From: a virus | Taxonomy: Duplodnaviria > Caudoviricetes | Virus record (IMG/VR): IMGVR_UViG_3300021425_000191 | Location: 1-24,196 of that record | Length of the DNA stretch: 24,196 nucleotides | Strand: one strand, 5' to 3' | Shown: one piece after another, positions 20,101 through 24,196 of the stretch | How the letters are laid out: the number at the start of each line of letters is the position of its first letter | How positions within the stretch are numbered: position 1 is the stretch's first letter | The notes under the pieces: generated by a model | Told to the model about the DNA's origin: nothing | What the model saw: only the letters and a program-made list of their open reading frames with translations | Databases searched by the model: none | Program-made: the position numbers and the translations under genes

Positions 20101-22334
20101 TACAAACTGCTGGAATGTATTTTGAAAATGCAGTTAATACAGGATTACAAATCGAACAAAGAATGGGAACACGAGATGCATTCTTACACATGGCAAAAAT
20201 CATTGAACACGTTGCTGGTGGTAAGGATATTGAAACAAAACTATTCCCAAGAACAGGAAAATATTACACAGGTGATATTGTAACAAAATACGAATACTGG
20301 AATGGTATGGAATCATATCAATCAGTTGAAGCACAAGATATGGCAATACATGGTGCTAATCCAAATACTTGTATTGAAGCAAGAAAACTTGTAGAGATTG
20401 TTGCTAACGCGGTTGATGATTCTAACGAAGTCAGAAATACAATACCTGATCGCATTGATGTTGACCAAACTTGGATGGGCGATAACTTTATCACTGCTAA
20501 AGAGATAATGGAAAGTCAATCACAAGTATTAAGTCAAGCAGTAATTAGTTACCTATCACATACACATAACGGACTATCATTTAGAGACGCTAAGTGTAGA
20601 AGAGATATTGGATTCTTAATTGATGCAGCATCTCACGATATTAATAACCAGACTAACTTTGCAATGCGTCAAGCTGCAGGAATTTACTTCGAGAATGGAA
20701 TATCAGTATTACCTATTGATACAAGAGTACAGACTGCTGACATTTACCAATTCCTTGGAGATGCAATGGAGCAAGTTGTACAAGAAATTGCAGTGACCAA
20801 CGCAGTTAATTATACATTGACTCCACAAAATACTTCAGGTACTGCTGCTACAGCAACTGAAGGCGCAAAAGTTCACGAGTTAATTGGTTACATTGAAAAT
20901 GTTATTAGAGCAAATGATGTTGATGAATTACCTAGACCATACTCAACTGGTACACAAACAACTGAACTTGTAAATGCTGCACAAAGTATTGTTGATAATA
21001 CTGAAGAGCTTGCATCTGATGTAACACAATTTATTAATAGTAACTTCAATGTACTTGACTATAACAAAGCGAAGTGCAGAAGAGATACTGGATATTTACT
21101 TGATGCATTCAGCTTCGACTTGAACTATGGTGGTAACACTGCTTCAAGATGGAACGCAGACTTCTACTTCTGGAACCAAGTATATAGATTACCAGAAGAC
21201 CAGAGAGTACCAACTGCTAAGTCTTACAGACATCTTGGTAAAATCTGTGCTGATATCGTGTTAGGAGAATACGATGGTCAAGTTATTATCGGTGAAGTTG
21301 CTACAGATGTAGAGAGCAAGAAAGTACAAAAACTTGCTGATATATTCTACAAGACACAAATCTTCAATGATACTAAGTACTTACCAGTTAAGACTGAGCC
21401 AGACTATACATACAGCGATGGAGTATTTACTGATGCTCAAGCTGTAATCGAACAACGAAGAAAGCAATTACAGAAAGATACAGTAAGATTTGTAAATGCT
21501 GCTTACGACTTCATTGATATTAATTTAACAAGACGTGATGCTAGAAACTTACTCACAGCAGTTTACAATGACTTTGCTTATGATAAGTTTGACCCAGATG
21601 TTCCAGTACCAACATATAGTGATAACGGCTCACAGAATGCTGTAAGAACATACACTGCATCATTCTTCAACTATGACGGAACTCATGTATTCCCAGTATT
21701 TAATCCAACAATGCAAGGATTAAAATACAAAGGTTCAGTTGCTCAATTATCTGATTTAGCATCTATAACTGGACAAAAACCAAACTGGGCATATATTGTT
21801 GCGACTGACTTAACAACAAGCTTCTACGCTGGTAATATATATTATTGGGACGGAAGTACTTGGGTATTAGAAGGAGCTAACAATACTGACCTTCTAGACG
21901 CATTCGTTGGAGCATGGGATAGAATGAGAGATTATATTGTTAATAATCTATCACCTAACTCAGAGCACAGCTTGATGGTTGAAGGCTTATTTAATGATTG
22001 TCTGAAAGACAATGTACTTAGACCTGAAACGTTAGTATTCGGAGCATTGGTCGAATCCATTGCTCACCAGTTTAACGGTGCATCGGCTGGTGTTAACAGA
22101 AACGCGTTACCACTTAACTTCAGAAACTTAGGTGCTGCTATTTCAGCGGTTGCTTCGGTACTTAACGAAGACGGCGGTAGAATAAGATGGTCGGGTGCTG
22201 ATGAATTGAATAACCAGTACTTCGCAAGAGGATTGAGGATTAATGGTAGAACAGGACGAATTGAAGGTCGACCATTTACATCATCTGTAAGAAAACTTGC
22301 AAGACGTGCTTCTAATAGTAGAGCATCATTATAA
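11124..22334 (+). CDS. Giant (3736 aa) multi-domain virion fibre/structural protein with beta-helix, phycobiliprotein-like helical repeats and His/Cys-rich modules
   Basis: Fibre-type N-terminus MAKISELP, N/S/T/D-rich 5/15-residue repeats, then VHVDAGSGDD.NPG....PVRTLERA and VGPGTY (start of a pectin-lyase-like beta-helix). It then has 12 CxRD-type helical repeats, 9 YDPxTG...HTF modules and a basic C-terminus. Confidence 0.85.
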   Translation: MAKISELPPITGANTRPEDLFVVVNLVQGDDGTSSITRKELVQAIQYEVFDRITITGGTISGVQMRDSTLDNVRIDNSDIEDTDFVRGSIQDTEIFDSTANNITITSSSFTDGSLVSSTGEDLDIANSDIDDSRFTNSTGNNIVLTSSELNDSTANNVVITNSEFNDGTGNNVTLTNSIIDDSTITDSSANNVTITQSTFADGALSNSTANNITMTSSTFGSGDIFDSTANNVTITNSDFSEGTGSNNTFTDTTLLGGTANAVIITNSEFNDGTINNTIITSSEFNDGTGNNVTLTNSTIDDSVFTDGAISNTSFTGTMDNVVATDMTIRSSSADGLSSNNSTFENGAVSGSTFDGGTITNSDLVDFDMNLSNEMDPPIDDDAFFAVKNEKTGETEKVNMSQLYDDISRRTAQALKVHVDAGSGDDDNPGTQLQPVRTLERAFELCLEKAGGELNRNAINNAVHISVGPGTYYTKGNLMLPDDCSCTSTAGQYATVIELEKGYENNNGILVGSGCYVQGFGYQNFQVDNFDFPEGGFAIAYRPGAKLLRSPYLRDSTQLSNFLRQDVEPPLNPYNTKGTLADLGREFTLEAGLTGDWNLDDEVVFSSGAVGYLSWDDSQDAIKGVPGDIATYRKIRVRNLKNNQGFAVGDTVTTESGGVGVVESIGIDDFPNRAVGRGGGCVLADRRVLDTDSLYTYVLCFGFTPRTQNGIGYVARDGAGVNGIGSLSIFVRCAFYALNGGQMTLNNSGTQFGDISMRAKGTTEFFAPKSTTATIIGNTAFADTIENAADDIIDDVVTYLTSNTANGGLGYQEYDSEKCLRDSGIVLDGTGYDIALDTNYWGRLGGITYRSPISYVVPGEQLEETKGALEYLRDRTKEVFESGNNQINARIDTSFGELLNVLEYGEENMNPIIWKDTSVPYTAARNLIQDNRDFIANELIDWIENNDEFYAYDSAACRRDVSDYILPAVKNDMLFDTNYNAVTAGRAYYMATAKTVMENQNNETVAAYKRLKDQTNELIDGDSYLASQRLDDSFDNILEILENKGTQFTPTAATYDPETGLSVITLGTKKDFTPSDVSYDPATGIMVATIGKHELTTNDHIWFKPEGITFSCNTGSGNQNHASPEAHHPYYNKPCPIIAVSSNTITLNVGAGGPTGQQVHTFVSAVPNALTSGHGLGVGRKVLLKTGGLRFTCDRDNNTSITGYPRASDPAAGTPIEVIGANETKITVNVGKSAIVDQHTFVEALTNSVSVLGDDIQYSSDVPADNANARKQLQKNREFLQDLVEGYIDNTYFRYDSDKCQRDIKSYILPAVERDILTGSNYNAIQTGIAYRSGTTLADNVINEQLVETTGAINELKTRVNLDNTENGFTVTDATYDPATGEFTATIGTGHGLAIGDYIMLADNGITFSCDMGSGQQNHTSPQSHHPYWRTPCPITGVTSTTITMNVGDGGAGQYPHTFVSAVANAITPAKGVGLSFTPTDASYDPETGRFEATIGHHHLKVGDYVRFLAGGVTFSCDTGSGVQNDSVPAAGHPYYNHPCPIHSVTATSIVMFVGTGGSNPHTFVSALDNSIIEQRAIDENASGYRSNEAFDKIVGILNSSGKTYSTSNATYDPVTGLSVLTIGSHDLQIGDEIMIAPDSLTFTCDLDGNVSQHTYPTTTITNFTPTGATYVPSTGVFTAEIGAHKLQVGDEIEIAPNSIVFTCALDGNATEHAAPEPHHPFYKKKIKLTAVTATGIECNVGAVENGGGVHTFVSAITNAIQGERKHPAYKKAVVVAAKTDTTITLNVGTSTDTSPHTFISATADNIKTAKYVSTYTPRTATYDPATGEFVATIGQHNLVAGDYVSIAPESVVFTCALDGNNYNHAVPQGHHPYYKVPVMITAVGADTITMNVGTGPGGAHTFVSAEVGAIDSDALVFTDPASYVKHYTPTTATYDPATGISVITIPGHDLTTDDYIEFTPYSFTYTCAQDSNATEHSYPRKGDSNYRTPMAITNVAGDDVTVQLAVSSGGAHTFVSVEKDAVSKVTYNSQGQYAREQLQTNKDFLAKEVSNYLEANYFVFNGEKCTRDSGFILDSVRRDIATGSTWNSQFMGLGYRTGSVGANKVINDQLTETVAAVNYLKTQVAADPSVTGTALTRSNQHFDKIIDIMQNGAGNTGTVSYGSDAALSYNHANAADILVANKAFIIAETTAFIADQYPSLTYSVADCERDTGYLVDSLVQDVKFGGNTCSVNFARLYFENAVSVLPADQKDPTYKTWEHIADVVWNIVRDIAITPTTGNAQTQDTSGDDYGIEVANLAKSRVNIVTQAISDDTLDHLPEYIEPNVEDAMKSACAAIDGLTENLSLSVIDFLRDEHNGLPFDKNVCERDVGLMIDAVSRDIEYGGNENTLEVFDYYFRRFNSQSADYEQQRSTNVLPVEVKGQFKTLSEYEDTANVSGLREAINVLPYEQRIPTKLAFGHLADVAEKVVKEVAHATTHTKFTPTNATYDPATGVYVATIGSHTLDVGNKVWLKPNGVTFSCDMGGGAANHTSPQAHHPYYNKPVTITAVTSTTITMNVGGGGSGQYPHTFVTADADSISTGPYQNTDGTAADATTGTRVHDLLNTIAELVDDVNIEEAQLPTLVKASFDPNRTLARKNIQRNRDFIIEEVQGYLKDRYYVFDGDKCKRDIGIIIDAVKADVLTGSNFNAVFNGLAYRIGTIGADAVINEQLTETVSAIKYAKELVINAVSDKSMKDATAASFDEIIDIMTNGSGNADAINYTSNAAGPNRINGRAQLQNNKAFLQAEITAWLAANRPSHSYDVAKCERDLGYLIDAVSFDAQHRGNFATINDAKLYFENAVSVLPLDQREPTAAAFAHIGDCANLIVQDIDIAGLKSAGNAETQDFSSGSAGGAIGDEVEALFDLVANSITNNTLLMLPPVDFPTLENYDSVNQSAFGEIENVKATVQSGVLNHLSTYFEVLPYSEAKCRRDTGYIVDAVAHDIQYGGNAATVQTAGMYFENAVNTGLQIEQRMGTRDAFLHMAKIIEHVAGGKDIETKLFPRTGKYYTGDIVTKYEYWNGMESYQSVEAQDMAIHGANPNTCIEARKLVEIVANAVDDSNEVRNTIPDRIDVDQTWMGDNFITAKEIMESQSQVLSQAVISYLSHTHNGLSFRDAKCRRDIGFLIDAASHDINNQTNFAMRQAAGIYFENGISVLPIDTRVQTADIYQFLGDAMEQVVQEIAVTNAVNYTLTPQNTSGTAATATEGAKVHELIGYIENVIRANDVDELPRPYSTGTQTTELVNAAQSIVDNTEELASDVTQFINSNFNVLDYNKAKCRRDTGYLLDAFSFDLNYGGNTASRWNADFYFWNQVYRLPEDQRVPTAKSYRHLGKICADIVLGEYDGQVIIGEVATDVESKKVQKLADIFYKTQIFNDTKYLPVKTEPDYTYSDGVFTDAQAVIEQRRKQLQKDTVRFVNAAYDFIDINLTRRDARNLLTAVYNDFAYDKFDPDVPVPTYSDNGSQNAVRTYTASFFNYDGTHVFPVFNPTMQGLKYKGSVAQLSDLASITGQKPNWAYIVATDLTTSFYAGNIYYWDGSTWVLEGANNTDLLDAFVGAWDRMRDYIVNNLSPNSEHSLMVEGLFNDCLKDNVLRPETLVFGALVESIAHQFNGASAGVNRNALPLNFRNLGAAISAVASVLNEDGGRIRWSGADELNNQYFARGLRINGRTGRIEGRPFTSSVRKLARRASNSRASL
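11280..12230 (+). repeat. Pentapeptide-period (5/15 aa) coding repeat region
   Basis: Recurrent units such as DSTANNVTITNSEFN and DGTGNNVTLTNS. The near-identical peptides SEFNDGTGNNVTLTNS.IDDS are 360 nt apart (about 11610 and 11970). Confidence 0.8.
13470..22020 (+). repeat. 12 helical CxRD repeats (about 140-190 aa each when uninterrupted)
   Basis: Cys codons of CxRD at 13578, 13992, 15021, 17319, 17745, 18219, 19119, 19539, 20028, 20595 and 21075, with a degenerate TRRD copy at 21528. Confidence 0.9.
14265..18860 (+). repeat. 9 copies of a ~100-aa His/Cys-rich beta module
   Basis: Consensus (F/Y)TPT.ATYDP.TG....TIG.H.L..GD.......TF(S/T)C......H..P..HHP.Y.....I.AV...TIT.NVG......HTFVSA. 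Copies start near 14265, 14337, 15228, 15552, 15936, 16113, 16569, 16905 and 18564. Confidence 0.9.
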
Positions 22335-22353
22335 AAGAATAGGATAAAGAAAA

Positions 22354-22779
22354 ATGTCAATAACAACAATTACAACTTCTCAGGCACCTGACGCAAAACC
22401 AGTTGCCGTTAATAAGGTCGTATCCACTAACTGGCAAGTTCTTATCGAAGTACCTCAATACGAAGTACCTGAACTAGTTTTTGGTGGTTCGACAACAGTT
22501 GAACCGGGTGTTGGTGAAGTTATTTCACCATTAATTTTATGTAATACAACAGCTAATACAGTTAATATCGATGTTAGAACACATCGTGAAGATGTTAACG
22601 CTGAATTTTACATATTAAGAAGTATGCCCATACCAGGTTATCAAACAACAGCGATTCCTTTGAATGGCCAATTTTTAAAGAGTGGTGACACATTAGAGAT
22701 TTTAGCAGATACTGATTTAGCAGTACACTCTACACTATCATTTACATTAGGTCAATCTGAAGAAGATGACGTTGTATAA
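22354..22779 (+). CDS. Hypothetical small beta-rich virion protein (141 aa)
   Basis: AGGA RBS upstream. LILCNTT.....IDV...YIL....IP......L....LKSGD.L.I is a pattern I recall from small structural proteins of T4-like fibre clusters. Confidence 0.75.
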   Translation: MSITTITTSQAPDAKPVAVNKVVSTNWQVLIEVPQYEVPELVFGGSTTVEPGVGEVISPLILCNTTANTVNIDVRTHREDVNAEFYILRSMPIPGYQTTAIPLNGQFLKSGDTLEILADTDLAVHSTLSFTLGQSEEDDVV

Positions 22780-22784
22780 TAGCT

Positions 22785-22792
22785 GATAAATA
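22785..22792 (+). promoter_or_regulatory. T4-type late promoter (GATAAATA)
   Basis: ATAAATA core in the 44-nt intergenic gap about 32 nt upstream of the 22824 ATG, followed by a GGAG RBS. Confidence 0.6.
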
Positions 22793-22823
22793 TATTAATA
22801 ATGAGACACGGAGAATAACTTAA

Positions 22824-24196
22824 ATGTCCCAATTTGGAACAATCACAGGAAAAAGTCAGTTAATAGGTTTTGGTAATCCGCAACCATTCCCTATTACATT
22901 AGATGTCGCCTTTTATGAAGGCGCCGTTGTATATGCTGATAATAATAAAGTTTATTACTCCAATGGAACAAATTGGATAGAGATTGGGGCTGGACCTCAA
23001 GGAATCCAAGGTGCAACAGGTATTCAAGGAACACAAGGCCTTCAAGGTGATTATGGTCCTGGTTTCACAATTATCGGTTCAGTTGCAGATGTTGACTCAG
23101 GTGGTGACCCACAAGCTACATTAAATGGAGCATTTGGTTCTGCTAATGTAGGCGAAGGTGTTATTGATGAAGCTGACGACGAACTGTGGATTTATGTTGG
23201 TTCAAGTACTTGGGTAAATATTGGTAACTTTAGAGGTGTTCAAGGTTTCCAAGGCCCAATGGGTATGCAAGGTATTCAAGGCCCATTAGGTAATGAAGGT
23301 ATCCAAGGTGAACGAGGATTCCGTGGTTTCCAAGGTGAAGCTGGACCACAAGGTGTACAGGGTGTTCAAGGTGACTTAGGTATTCAAGGTATCCAAGGAC
23401 GAAGAGGACCTCAAGGTGTTCAAGGTATTACTGGTATCCAAGGAGATTTGGGTATTCAAGGTATCCAAGGCGTTCAAGGCGTTCAAGGCACAACTGGTAT
23501 CCAGGGCGATACTGGTATTCAAGGATTACAAGGTTATAACGGTGATGATGCCGGTCATGTTGTAGAATTTAGAATTGCTGAAGATATAACAGAAACAGAC
23601 CCTGGCACAGGTAACTTAATTCTTAACAGTTCAAATAGTCCAACAGACGACTTCTCATCTGTTACTAAAATGTGGATTGATGATGAAGCATTTTACTCCG
23701 TTAATTTAGAAGGTTTATACACACTTATTTCTCAGTCGACTGGTGCAAACAGAGGATTTATGAAAATCTCTCTTCGTGGTGGCCCAGACGAATACATGAT
23801 TTTCTCAATCCAAGATGCTGTTGACCAAACAGGTTATTGGGAATTTGATATAACATTTGTATCAGGTAGCGGTGTTCGTGGTGACTTCATTTTAGAAAAT
23901 ACTCCAACACCTGGCACAACAACAATATTACCAGTATTAGTTGCATTTAGTTTATCAGGCGATAAAGGTATTCAAGGCGTACAGGGTATTACTGGTATCC
24001 AAGGTTTACAAGGACCACAAGGCGTCCAAGGGCTCCAGGGTCCACAGGGAGTTCAAGGCACAACCGGTAGTCAAGGCGTTCAAGGCCTCCAAGGGTTATT
24101 AGGGCCTCAAGGAATTCAAGGGCCACAAGGACTACAAGGTATCCAAGGGCCACAAGGATTACAAGGAAATACTGGTGATTTTGGTGGTATTTCATA
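22824..24196 (+). CDS. Collagen-like fibre protein (3' truncated; not in ORF track)
   Basis: ATG at 22824 after a GGAG RBS, with the frame open to the window end: [17 protein letters not shown]...[21 protein letters not shown]... Three G-X-Y tracts are separated by globular spacers. Confidence 0.9.
   Translation, partial: MSQFGTITGKSQLIGFGNPQPFPITLDVAFYEGAVVYADNNKVYYSNGTNWIEIGAGPQGIQGATGIQGTQGLQGDYGPGFTIIGSVADVDSGGDPQATLNGAFGSANVGEGVIDEADDELWIYVGSSTWVNIGNFRGVQGFQGPMGMQGIQGPLGNEGIQGERGFRGFQGEAGPQGVQGVQGDLGIQGIQGRRGPQGVQGITGIQGDLGIQGIQGVQGVQGTTGIQGDTGIQGLQGYNGDDAGHVVEFRIAEDITETDPGTGNLILNSSNSPTDDFSSVTKMWIDDEAFYSVNLEGLYTLISQSTGANRGFMKISLRGGPDEYMIFSIQDAVDQTGYWEFDITFVSGSGVRGDFILENTPTPGTTTILPVLVAFSLSGDKGIQGVQGITGIQGLQGPQGVQGLQGPQGVQGTTGSQGVQGLQGLLGPQGIQGPQGLQGIQGPQGLQGNTGDFGGIS
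22992..24191 (+). repeat. G-X-Y collagen triplet tracts
   Basis: 8 triplets at 22992-23063, 35 at 23235-23549 and about 26 at 23958-24191, mostly G-(I/V/L/P)-Q, giving a 9-nt periodicity of CAAGG. Confidence 0.92.

Noticed and set aside
13470-22020. CxRD repeats as c-type heme (CxxCH) or Fe-S sites
   Set aside because: Each motif has only one Cys, with no CxxCH or Cys clusters.
496-22369. Other short alternative-frame or antisense ORFs in the track (e.g. 1298-1612, 9532-9750, 19885-20283, 22064-22369)
   Set aside because: All lie within or across long, motif-supported plus-strand genes and show no recognisable domains.
23989-24195. Minus-strand 68-aa ORF
   Set aside because: It is an antisense shadow of the collagen G-X-Q tract. 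The real gene is on the plus strand.
1-24196. Assignment to a cyanobacterial host
   Set aside because: The window has only structural genes. The gp8/VrlC style is shared by marine T4-like phages of several hosts, and no photosynthesis or bilin-synthesis genes are present here.

Overview
This AT-rich window is a compact, entirely plus-strand late (virion structural) region of a large T4-like myovirus, most similar in style to marine cyanophage/pelagiphage-type phages. The host cannot be determined from this window. The gene order is: 3' end of a fibre-type gene, an S8 subtilisin-like protease with an inserted cupredoxin-like domain, baseplate wedge gp8, a VrlC/DUF4815-like structural protein, a 61-aa coiled-coil protein, a fibre with a C-terminal S74 self-cleaving chaperone, a 3736-aa giant repeat protein, a 141-aa protein, and a collagen-like fibre running off the end (missed by the ORF track). 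T4-type late promoter motifs ((T/A/G)ATAAATA) lie upstream of several genes. The most striking feature is the giant protein. It carries 12 globin-sized helical repeats, and several align without gaps to the bilin-binding helix of phycocyanin alpha (C-x-R-D-x-G-Y...GG); 11 of the 12 keep the attachment Cys. These are interleaved with 9 His/Cys-rich beta modules, two of them nested inside other copies. All family assignments come from motif recognition by eye, not from searches.
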